64,000 bases of DNA from a virus. The translations under genes and the position numbers were made by a program. Numbering within the stretch: the stretch's first letter is position 1; every line of letters starts with the position of its first letter. The notes under the pieces are model-generated. The model had not been told where the DNA came from and did no database searches. It saw only the letters and a list, made by a program, of their open reading frames with translations. The stretch lies in the IMG/VR virus record IMGVR_UViG_3300009605_004544, positions 42,982 through 106,981 of that record, one strand, 5' to 3'. Shown here piece after piece: positions 28,846 to 39,100 of the stretch.

Positions 28846-29891
28846 TAAATAATCGAACTGCTATTGTTGGCGCAGGGAATATGGGGAAAGCGATAGCTTG
28901 GGCCATGGAAAGCTTGGATCATGATGTTGTGGTGCTAGATCAAGATGAAAAGGCAATATTTGATTGTCAAAAAATATTAAAACCTTCTCGACATAAGTTC
29001 ATTCGAGGCACATCGTATCAGATGTTAAAAGAGTGCTCGATGGTAATCTCGTCACTACCCTACCATCAGAACCTGAAATTAGCAACTTTCTGCATTGACA
29101 ATGGAATAAAATATCTTGACCTAGGTGGCTGCGTTAAAGTCAGCGAAAAAATTAACGAATACGCCAATCACAAAGCAGAGTGCCCTGTAATGACAGATCT
29201 GGGCCTTGCACCGGGCTGGGTTAATATCGTGGCTGAAAATCTGTACCGAGAATACGTAGAAAGCAAGGGTGAAATTCCCAACTCAATCACGATGATGGCA
29301 GGAGGACTTCCTCAGAGACCTACTAATACTTTAAAATATGGCTGCACATGGTCATATGCTGGCTTAATAAACGAATACAGAGATAATTGTATCGTTTTGA
29401 TAAACGGCCTTCAAGACGTGCAAAGAGGGATGGGCGGATTTGAAGAACCTGTACAAACCGAAATCGGTGAGTTAGAAGCGTTCTATACTAGCGGGGGAGC
29501 AGCCCATACAATTGCCACGATGCAAAGACGAAAAGTTCCCAATTGCTGCTATAAAACATTAAGATATCCGGGCCATCATAGAATTGTTAACTTTCTAATC
29601 CACGAATCTGGGTTGGACGACGAAGCTCTGACGAAAGTCTTTCAAAGAACGTGCCCTCCTCGGGACGACTTAGTAATTATGCGTGTCGCAGTAGACGATC
29701 TATTGTTTGAAAGGGTCATCAGGTCTGACCAAAAATTCTCTGCCATGCAAAAGGCTACGGCGTTTCCTATTGCCGCAGCGGCCCATACGGCAGCCTCTTA
29801 TGACTTCTCGCAGCCTGTTTTAAAATATGACGACCTTGGAGTCACACCATTTAATACATGGCTAGATGTTCTGTTCTTACATACGTATTAG
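28842..29891 (+). CDS. Saccharopine dehydrogenase family, lysine 6-dehydrogenase-like
   Basis: GAGNMG, YLDLGG, DLGLAPG, GGLPQRP, TWSYAGLINEY, LEAFYTSGG, YKTLRYPGH, SAMQ. Confidence 0.88.
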   Translation: MINNRTAIVGAGNMGKAIAWAMESLDHDVVVLDQDEKAIFDCQKILKPSRHKFIRGTSYQMLKECSMVISSLPYHQNLKLATFCIDNGIKYLDLGGCVKVSEKINEYANHKAECPVMTDLGLAPGWVNIVAENLYREYVESKGEIPNSITMMAGGLPQRPTNTLKYGCTWSYAGLINEYRDNCIVLINGLQDVQRGMGGFEEPVQTEIGELEAFYTSGGAAHTIATMQRRKVPNCCYKTLRYPGHHRIVNFLIHESGLDDEALTKVFQRTCPPRDDLVIMRVAVDDLLFERVIRSDQKFSAMQKATAFPIAAAAHTAASYDFSQPVLKYDDLGVTPFNTWLDVLFLHTY

Positions 29892-30115
29892 ACGGGCCAT
29901 TTGGGGTCGTTTGGAGAGCACCTGCCGGTCAAATTAAGCAAAAACTTTTTAAGCTCTATAATTTGCGCCGCCCTCTTTAGGATATGCCTCCTTTTCATCT
30001 CGTCCCCTCCCATCGCTGTACACTCATGATCCTTTCTTTTAATTACTTCAATAGCATGTTGATGTTTTCGAATCAAATATTCGGCTTTCTTGTCTTCTCT
30101 AATTGGGCCATTCAT
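29888..30115 (-). CDS. Hypothetical protein
   Basis: 75-aa ORF with ATGA overlap to the upstream OCD-family gene. Confidence 0.55.
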   Translation of the reverse strand: MNGPIREDKKAEYLIRKHQHAIEVIKRKDHECTAMGGDEMKRRHILKRAAQIIELKKFLLNLTGRCSPNDPKWPV

Positions 30116-31032
30116 GTCGTCCTCTCATAAACGTATCTGGCTGTAGCTATATCTTCAATTGCTAATCCGGTAGCGTCAAACAGCGTGCCCATGGTGCGAT
30201 CAATATTATTGTACTCTAAAGGTCCACTGACTATTTCCCCCAAAGAAAATAAAGCTGGCCTGCGAATACACTCTGATAAGTATTGAATTTCTCCTGAATG
30301 AGAGCATTGCTCCCACTCGTCATAAACGATGAGTCCCATATGGTTAATTACAGAAGCATCTAGCTCTCTTTTCCCCTTGGCGTCTGCGCCAACGGCATTG
30401 ATAAGAACTGATTCTTTTAACCACTCCTGCTTAATAAAGCCCTTCCGAGAAGGGGTAAGGGTGGTTACGATATCGGCATCCCTTAAGCATTCTGCTAGGC
30501 TGTCGAAGACTCTTGCGTTGTCAAACTCTTCGGCCATCCTGTGCGCTCGGTCTGAATCTAAGTCATATAAAAATATCTCATGTATATCTCTAACGGCGGT
30601 AACGGCCTCGATTTGTCTTTTTGTTTGATTCCCGCACCCAATAAAAGCCGCTGTTTGCGAATCAAGTCTAGACAAGTATTTGGTGGCGACTCCCGTTACA
30701 GCCGCTGTTCTAATGGCAGTTAACGTTTCTCCATCCATGATGCATAAAAGCTTGCCCGTCTTAATGTCGTTAATTAAAACTTTGGCAAAAATATTGACTT
30801 TTCGCTTCGTGCCTGTATCATCGAGATGGACACCGCACCATTTTATTCCCGCCGTATCGTATGCTATAGCGGGCATCGCTCGAAAGTCTCCGTTAGGAAT
30901 GTTTAGATAAGTTTTTGGAGGCATCTGAGTATGGTCTAGGTTTTTGAACAGCCTTTCTATAATATTAATACATTCAGGGACAGTAATTAACTTTCCAACT
31001 TCGTCATTACTCAAAATAGGAACATTTTGCAT
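30112..31032 (-). CDS. Ornithine cyclodeaminase/mu-crystallin family (archaeal-type alanine dehydrogenase/ketimine reductase-like)
   Basis: MPPKTYL...GDFRAMPA, GIKW, LTAIRTAA, IGCGNQ, NAVGAD, FDATGLAIED; GAGGT RBS before ATG 31032. Confidence 0.92.
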   Translation of the reverse strand: MQNVPILSNDEVGKLITVPECINIIERLFKNLDHTQMPPKTYLNIPNGDFRAMPAIAYDTAGIKWCGVHLDDTGTKRKVNIFAKVLINDIKTGKLLCIMDGETLTAIRTAAVTGVATKYLSRLDSQTAAFIGCGNQTKRQIEAVTAVRDIHEIFLYDLDSDRAHRMAEEFDNARVFDSLAECLRDADIVTTLTPSRKGFIKQEWLKESVLINAVGADAKGKRELDASVINHMGLIVYDEWEQCSHSGEIQYLSECIRRPALFSLGEIVSGPLEYNNIDRTMGTLFDATGLAIEDIATARYVYERTT

Positions 31033-31043
31033 TTGACAGCACC

Positions 31044-31733
31044 TCAACCTAATCTGTCTAGAATTTTAGCAATAATATCATTCCTAATAATATCTCGTCC
31101 TTCTAATTTACAGATAGATATGCCCTCTATCTCTCCTAACTTTTCCATGCAGGTTTCGAGTCCTCCTTTCATGTAGTCATTAAGGTCTGTTTGATCAGGG
31201 TCTCCATTTAATACCGCTTTAGAGTTTTTCCCAATCCTCGTAACAAACATTTTTATTTGTTCAAGCGTGGCATTTTGGGCTTCGTCTAAAATCATAAACG
31301 TGTTGTGGAAATTCCTTCCACGCATATATTCCAGCGGACACAGTTCTATTATGTTGTTAAAACGAAGGCTATCTAGCATGTCTCGTGAGATATATTTACC
31401 CATTTCTTCCAACACAGGAACAAGATAGGGTTGAATCTTATCTGTGTAAGTTCCCGGTAAATGTCCAAGTCCTCCCCCCGTTTCTACTGTAGGGCGAGCT
31501 ATGACGATCTTGCCCACCGTGTTTTCCTGAAGAAGCTGGCATCCAAGGCCAACCGCAACAGCAGTTTTACCAGAACCGGCAGGGCCAGTGCAGAATACGA
31601 CATCGGATTTTATCATGGCCTTAAGATAATTCGATTGATTTTCAGTTTTCGGGATTACTTTTCTTTGTGGATACCCTCCGTCAGAATGAGTTTTCGGGAG
31701 GTCACTGTTATTTTTCTTTTTCTTTCTGGGCAA
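31044..31733 (-). CDS. phoH: PhoH-family ATPase
   Basis: GPAGSGKT, ARP, LGHLPG, YMRGRNF, LDEAQN, GDPDQTD. Confidence 0.95.
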   Translation of the reverse strand: MPRKKKKNNSDLPKTHSDGGYPQRKVIPKTENQSNYLKAMIKSDVVFCTGPAGSGKTAVAVGLGCQLLQENTVGKIVIARPTVETGGGLGHLPGTYTDKIQPYLVPVLEEMGKYISRDMLDSLRFNNIIELCPLEYMRGRNFHNTFMILDEAQNATLEQIKMFVTRIGKNSKAVLNGDPDQTDLNDYMKGGLETCMEKLGEIEGISICKLEGRDIIRNDIIAKILDRLG

Positions 31734-31737
31734 CAGA

Positions 31738-32187
31738 CTACTCTTTTTTTCTAAACGGAAGGATTTTATTCAAAAACTGCTTTCTTTTATCGCACCCACA
31801 CCCCTGTATCCCTGACCATTCTTCTACAGACTTTTCTGTAATTCCGAGCTTTCCAAATATTCCAGCCAGCAAATTCCCAAGCCCCTCTTGTTTTTCTTCA
31901 TAGTTATCTAAATTAACCCCAGACTCTTCTACCTCATTAATAACTTCGTCTAGTCGTTTTTTATTTGCGCTCATTTTTCTAGACTCCTTTGTACGGTCCT
32001 CTCGCTCTTGCCTTTCGGCTTCATTAGCGGGAGGAGCAAAAAAGTTCTGAAAATTCTTTCGCCACACTTCGTCTGTTTGGCACAAGCGATGCAAACGTTT
32101 CGTCATAGTAATTCCATACACCGGGCAGAACCCTGCTTCGGAGCACTGGCATTCATTATTACAAATATTGGGTTTTTCTTCAGACAT
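31738..32187 (-). CDS. Cys-motif hypothetical protein
   Basis: CNNECQC...FCP at the N-terminus; GCGCDKRKQFLN at the C-terminus. Confidence 0.7.
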   Translation of the reverse strand: MSEEKPNICNNECQCSEAGFCPVYGITMTKRLHRLCQTDEVWRKNFQNFFAPPANEAERQEREDRTKESRKMSANKKRLDEVINEVEESGVNLDNYEEKQEGLGNLLAGIFGKLGITEKSVEEWSGIQGCGCDKRKQFLNKILPFRKKE

Positions 32188-32218
32188 CAGTGCTTCCTCT
32201 TAACATTTATGTTTCCAG

Positions 32219-33133
32219 CTAGGGAGAACAGGCACCTTCTGTAATCAGGCCAGACCACTGCATCACTACTGGGTGAATGGGGGGTGTCATCGAAGGATCA
32301 GGGTCGAGCATTCCTGTCTGACAGTCACAGTTGATAAGGAACTCCCCCTCCACCAAGAGCATAAACTTTTGTCCTTCGGTGCCCTTGCATTGGCCGCTTA
32401 CCAGATCAGCACAGTTGTTGATACTTAATGTGCCTTCCGTGGTCTGCGGCCACTCTTCGGTGCCAGTGTAATAAGCACAAGGAGAGCAGGGAACCGAGCA
32501 GGGTTCTATTTCAAACCAGAAGCAGTGTGAGGAGCATGGAAGAGGTCCAGCCCCCGTTACAATGCCGTCTCCCTCTGTGGCGCATGGGCCGTTCGGGTGG
32601 AGTTGCGGGCATGGATGATCGAAGCCGAGAGGAAGACCAGTAACTTGAATTCCCGTCTTGCAACAACATAGGCTGGCGGTAATGCACATGCCATCACAGT
32701 CAGACCCTGACATAGGAGGTGAGCTAGTAGTGCAGTCGCCACAGACAGTCCCTGAGAAACCCCACGCTTCTATATAAGCTCCCGTTGGCTGGTCTTGGTA
32801 TTCGGCAAGGCACACGGTGCAGAGCGCCCCGCCGGGATTCAAGTCGCCGTCACTGTGGTAGTAACACATGGATGGCGATTTGGCGAACGTAAATGAGAAG
32901 TCGTCGCACATGCATGGCGATCCACCGCCGCCACCGCCGCCACCACCTTGGATGCGACAATTAATCATCTCAAAGCAAAGAGGTCCAGTTGGAACGCAAG
33001 CGCAGCAATTACAATAACACGAGTCAATATTGGCCCCGATGGGAACCCCCGGAGTTCCTGCGGGCGGTGCTGTGCAACATGAACAGCAAGTGTTTCCGTA
33101 TCTTGGCCCTATGCCTATATGCGTAACGCTCAT
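32219..33133 (-). CDS. Cysteine-rich protein, probably tail-tip associated
   Basis: About 35 Cys in 304 aa, poly-Gly linker; start overlaps the stop of the 2433-aa gene. Confidence 0.7.
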   Translation of the reverse strand: MSVTHIGIGPRYGNTCCSCCTAPPAGTPGVPIGANIDSCYCNCCACVPTGPLCFEMINCRIQGGGGGGGGGSPCMCDDFSFTFAKSPSMCYYHSDGDLNPGGALCTVCLAEYQDQPTGAYIEAWGFSGTVCGDCTTSSPPMSGSDCDGMCITASLCCCKTGIQVTGLPLGFDHPCPQLHPNGPCATEGDGIVTGAGPLPCSSHCFWFEIEPCSVPCSPCAYYTGTEEWPQTTEGTLSINNCADLVSGQCKGTEGQKFMLLVEGEFLINCDCQTGMLDPDPSMTPPIHPVVMQWSGLITEGACSP

Positions 33134-36100
33134 TAACTTACCCCTTGTAATAGTCCATTACAAAAAGTGAGAGTTGCGGCGAATACAGCCATAGAGTCTC
33201 CGCTACAAGCAATACCTGTAATTACCGGCAAATCCCCCTTGTACCCGATTGTGCCCATCTTCATTTTTGTATACTTGCCATCGTCACATGACTCTTGAAA
33301 TGTTCCTTGAAGAGTTGTGCAGCCACCAATCGCGTCGAATGTAATCTCTTTAATATAGTCCCCTATGCCCCCGACTGTCAAATTCTTGGCTATGAGGGTC
33401 TTACATTCGCTAGCTGTTGAGTAAGAAGCAATTTTTTCCAAGCCCACACCAAGCTCAAGCATTTGGGTGTGCAAAGCACCCCCATTCGCCCCGTCAGGTA
33501 TTTTGCAATTATCTGAATCTTCCGTAAATTGATGCACGTTAGGAGCAAGGAAAATAGTAGAAACATTGTCACCTTCCGCAACCCTAACATCAAGACCTTT
33601 ATAACCCGACACTTCACACGCGACTTGATGATCCGCTTGAGCATAATCGGCGCATAGATAAGCATCATGATCAGTCCACTGCGGTCCTGCTGTTAGAGCA
33701 AAGTCCAATCGATCTGCCGCTGGCGTATGTGACTGACCCATATAGCCGAAGCCTGTGCCAAACACTACGCTACGGGCGCGGGAAACAATTGAGGCAGTTA
33801 CTGCGTCTACGCATCCCGTTACTCTGTAGTCAAAACCGTTCCAAGAGATGAGTGCTTCACAGTCGCCTTCATCTTCCATTGTAAGGCCCGTTCCGATACC
33901 GATGCATTCGAAAGGCCCGTCATGGCACACATCGTTCCTGATCCCCTGACTAGGAGAAGCTACACTACCGCTTCTTGTTCTAAACTTTTGAACCAGATTA
34001 ACTGTAGCTGCGCATTGACCTTCTGTTCCGGGGGCGTCTAACTCTACCTGAAGACCGCTTCCAAATATCAAAGTCTGGAATGGCGTAGAAGGCATTCCGT
34101 CTCTGTCACATACAGACATTCCACTAACATCCGGCCCTGTAATTTCAAAAGCACAGGGGAAGTCTGGAACTACTTTTGCATTCAGTCCTGTAGAGATAAT
34201 TATATTGCGGAAGAAAGTTTCGTTGAATTTTGTGGTTGGCTTGTTCTCGCAACCCTTATTAGAAATATATTGAACAGCATGCAGAATCGGAGCACACTCA
34301 GGGCCAGCTTTCTCGATACCGCTCCCGAACACAAGAGTGTCGAATGGAGTTGGCCCGTAGTCTCTGGCTCTATTTGCCTCTTCATCTGCCTCGCAGGTTC
34401 CAAGGCCAGAATATCTTGGGCCGGTAATCTTAAATGCACAGCCCGATTGACTCACAAACAGCCCAGTAGACATATCAAGAGTATTAAAGAACCTATGTTC
34501 GTCATCCGAAAGAGGGGAAAACCCTGCCGCATCGGAGGCTGGGGTTCCACAAGGGGTTGTTCTAATCCACTGTGGTGCATCGACTTGGAAATCACATGTG
34601 CTGAAATTGAACACGCCAGTGAGGCCGCTGCCAAAAGTAATCTGGTCTGGTACGACCGGTCCAAAATCATTTCCGCTACAGGGGGCAACCAATTTAACGC
34701 TGGGGCCAGACACGGTGTTTGTTATAGGATCGACCGTCAGGCCGCTTCCAAATACCAGACAGTCTACTGGCTTACATTCGAATTCAGACTTGCACCCCGT
34801 CGCTCCTATTTTAATTCCGCTTGAGTGAAGCGTATATGCGCCGCAGTTATGCCCTGAAATCCCTTCTTCTACGTAGAAGCCGCTTCCAAACTTCAAGCAC
34901 TCAAATAAGCCGCCTATCTCCTGACCCCCAGCGGTGGTCCCCGTGACACAATGGGTTGTATTAAGCCATACAGAACATCCCCCTGTGGGGAATCCGTTGG
35001 GGTCTGGTGGTTGCTCCACAGGGCTTATATCTCTGTTGAGAGTAAGCCCGGTGCCCACAAGTAACGTGCCGAAAGGCTGATTGAGCCACTCGTCGTCAAC
35101 ATATGAGTTGTCACAAAGAATGTCGCTGATCAGCGGTCCAGCAACTACGTTCGTGCCAGTATCCCATGTCAATCCGGTCCCAATAATCAGGCAACTGGTA
35201 CTAGCGCAGGGCAACCACCCGGTGCCACAACCAGTAGTCCCGACTTTCATCGTTCCTTCTACTGATATTGCAACACCCGACCAGCCATCCTCCTGTACTC
35301 CCGAAACGGCAATACCGTCTCCGAATTCTATAAATTCTACGCCATACTTTGTCATCTCGTCGGGGAGTTCCGGATCACAACCTTTTTTAAGCTCGCGATC
35401 ACTACAACCAATTGCTATCTTGCTGGAAACTAAAACACCTGTTTTGTCTTGTGTATTAACTCCAGAAACAATAAGGTTTCTTCCAAACTCAATGAATTCC
35501 GCGCGGTCTTTAGTAAAATCGAGGTCAGCGACTTCAGGAAATATGTCACAGCAGTACGTCGGAGCATCATACAGCGAATCGCACGCCGTCCTCTGACTGC
35601 AAGCTACGGCTACTCCCCCACTGTTGCCGCTAGTGTTAACGGAAATTAAAAGACCTGACCCTCCTTCACCTGCAAGGCCCTTGACGTTAAGTCCCTTCCC
35701 AAAATTAAGATACTTCGCTTTTGGAATCGAAAAATCAGGCGTATCGTTAAATTGGCCACATCCGGTAGCCTCCCTCTCGCTACAGGCTACGGCTATGCCT
35801 TGGCCGCTCTGCGACCCCACGGAAACTAAAACGCCTGACTTTTTACCATGCTCAATCCCAGAAACATCTATGCCATTCCCAAATTCAAGAAATTCCCAAG
35901 CAGGATCAAACTTGGGTGATTGGCTAAACTGGTCACATCCGCTAGCCTCCCTCTCACTACAGGCAATTCCAATGCCGGGACTGCCACTATCCATTGAAAT
36001 TAACAGCCCGGAACTCCCCCCCCTCCCCCCTGTGAAATCTTGAATGCCAGAAATTTGCAGACCTTTCCCGAATTCAAAAAATTCAATGACAGGATCCCAC

Positions 36101-39100
36101 GTCGGCTTCTCTTCCCATTTTTTACCACCCTCAACTTCATCCGACCCACAGCCACTAGCTTCCCTGTTGCTACAGGCAATACCAAAACCGGGAATCACGC
36201 TAACACCAATACCAGACTCCCTCCCCGTCTCTCCCGAAAACGGGCCGCCGTCGCACATTGAATCAAGCCCCGTTACAGCAAATCCCTTGCCAAAGTCAAT
36301 AAAGTACGCCGGGAAGAAAGGCACGACCGATGCCCCGGCTGCCCCCGCGCCCTCGTCGAGAGCGGGGTCGCATCCAGTTCCGTAGTCAACGCCGTGACAC
36401 GATATTGGGATGATGTCACGCTGCTCCACCGAAACCAATAATCCTTTACGGCCCTTGCCGGATTCCTCTGGAGTGCCTGCAAGGCATGTTGGAGCGAGCG
36501 GGTCGTTTTCCCAGACACCAGATACCTGAACGCCCCTACCCCACTCGATAAATTCCCAATCGTTTAAGTCGGGACAGTCGCTTTCTCCAGATTTACCAAC
36601 ATAACCCCCGTACTCTATCGCGTCACGGATGCAATCGTGCTGCTCGCCAACGTTGCTAATGGATTCGCATGCACACCAGTCAATACTACCACACGGATCG
36701 TGAATCGCCGTTCCCGGCACGCCAGTTGATGTGTACTGTCGCGGCACGGCCCTATCACTGCAAGCCGCTGAGAGACCACCCCCTTCTCCACCACCAAGCA
36801 ACCAATACTCACAAGCTGCTGTGTCATAATAGGCAACGCCCTTAACGATGCTCTTATCTGTAGGATTGAAAACTTGAATTGTAGGTGACGAAATAACGTT
36901 GCCTTCTTTATCATATATATCCTCGGCGCCCTTAAGAACATTGGCCGTTCCGTATCCCCCCGCACCAATGCCAGTAGCGGATTCTACCTGATACATCCTA
37001 AACGCCGGGGGAATAGTCCAAACCCCTCTGGCCCTGTCAAATCTTAAGTCTACGGGAGCGGCGGGCCAGTCACGAGCGTCTGACAACCAGTCCTCTTTGA
37101 ATTTATCAGTTAAATTCTCGTAGTTATCTTGCCAAGTTCCTGCGCTATCCCCTACAGAGTTAGGAACTGGCTTGCCATAGATATCGTATCCCCATCCATG
37201 TATAACTAGCGGCCCTCTAAGGGCAAAATGACGATAGTCCGCTGCGTAGTTTGCATTTCCTGAAATATGAATAAGTAGAGAGTCAGTTCCACCGATCTGA
37301 TTATCCAACAGCCAAGACATTGATTCTCTAGCGACCGCTTCAACATCATGGCCGCTGGTGCTCTCATTCCCCCGGAAACCGTCAAGGAGAGTAGTGTTGG
37401 AAACCGGGTCTGCCAGATAGTCTAAATATTTTTGAACGACAGGCAATCCAGTGTACCCATCCACGGGAGGGGGAGGCGCAGATGTCTGAAAAGTAGGGCA
37501 GTTTCCGCTATTTGATGCAATCTTAGGGAGGCCCGCATCTCCGTAATTAGATACTGGTCTAATAATGGCATCCATACTTACATAGGATGTGCTGTCATAC
37601 TCTGAATAGTATGGCATCGTATGCTTGTCTGGAATTATGACAATTTTTCTTTTAGGATCAGAGGTAAGCTTGCCTGCAAACCATATGCCGGGGCTTCTAG
37701 GGGCTAGTGCCCCCTTACCTATGTCATCAGTAGCAATACGAGAAAGTTTTGTATCTCCCCCTCTTGATTCCGCTACTTTTAACAGCTTGCTGAGTGCTGA
37801 ACTTGCACGAAGGTCTCGCTCACCTTTAAGCTTATTTAAACCGATCTGCTTGACACGTTCCGCATTTCCCTTAGAGAATCTGCCAAAAACAGGAGTAAAA
37901 GTGCTAATGGTATAGGAGGTTGTCACCCCTCCGGGGCCTACCGTGACGTTGATACTTGACACGCTTGCACCACCAGTCTGCTGCCCAACAGACCATGACA
38001 CAAAGTTATACATGGCTGGACCGTTAGGATAAGAGTGTGAGCCAACCCCAAGAGATCTGCCATCATATCTAGTATTAGGTGAATTAGCCAATAGTGCAGA
38101 TCCCAATGACAGCGTGGGATAGCCCGGTATGGTAACTTCTCCCCTCTCACCAAATTGCATAGCCGTGATCGCATTAGCGACCTTGGCAGTCCCTGCGGCA
38201 TTCATAAACTCGCTGCCACCATATTCCCAAGGAGCTAAGCCGTCGTCTACTTCACAGTGCACAGAGCCGGGATTTGCTCCTACAGCATACCATGGACCAT
38301 AAGTTCTAGTATTACTTTTGACAGGCACTCCCGCTTGGTATGGATAGGCAACGGCAGCCCCAACGGCCCCCACCGTTTCACCCTGAGCACCAAGTTTATT
38401 TTTAGTAACTACTGGCGTAACTCCAGCAGCGCCCTGTGGCTTAGCATCCATTAGCTTAGAGTTGGACTCTATCGCTGGAATACTCTCCCCGTCTAGCACG
38501 GGAGTTCCTATTTTTAATAGCGCCGCGAGCTTGTCATCATCGGGCACTCCTATGACCGGGGTTCCTTCAACCCATTTTTGCTCAACACTGGCTTTTACCC
38601 AAACCTCAGTACCCAGAACAAGATAATCATCTTGATTCAGTGCTTTAAGATTTAAATCTGCTCCAGTATATTTTAGTATTGGCTGGATTTTGCCCGATTC
38701 GTCTTTAAAGAAATCTGCTGCAATACTGGGATTATCTATCCCTAAAATGTCTGTGTCATCGTTAGGTGTTGCCCACCCCCCGTCTGTCGATGGTTCGTCA
38801 CTATAAACGGTCTTTTTAGTATCTGTGTCTGTGTTAGAACATACATGAGGGCACAGTACTAAAAATTGCTTACCCCAAAAGTCTTGCACATATGATTGGA
38901 ACCAACTAAAAAATGTTTTCCCATCTATAACCTTTGGGTTGGTTGGGGTGCCGTCATTTCCCCCTCCCTCTCTTCCAACCAAGCCGTCTATGGCAACGCG
39001 ATCATCCATAGCGCCGGGGTCTCTGTTTCTAACATCATTTAGCTTGATTTCCAGAGTATCCCTATAATATCTCTGTATAACCGTATCAACCCCTCCGACC

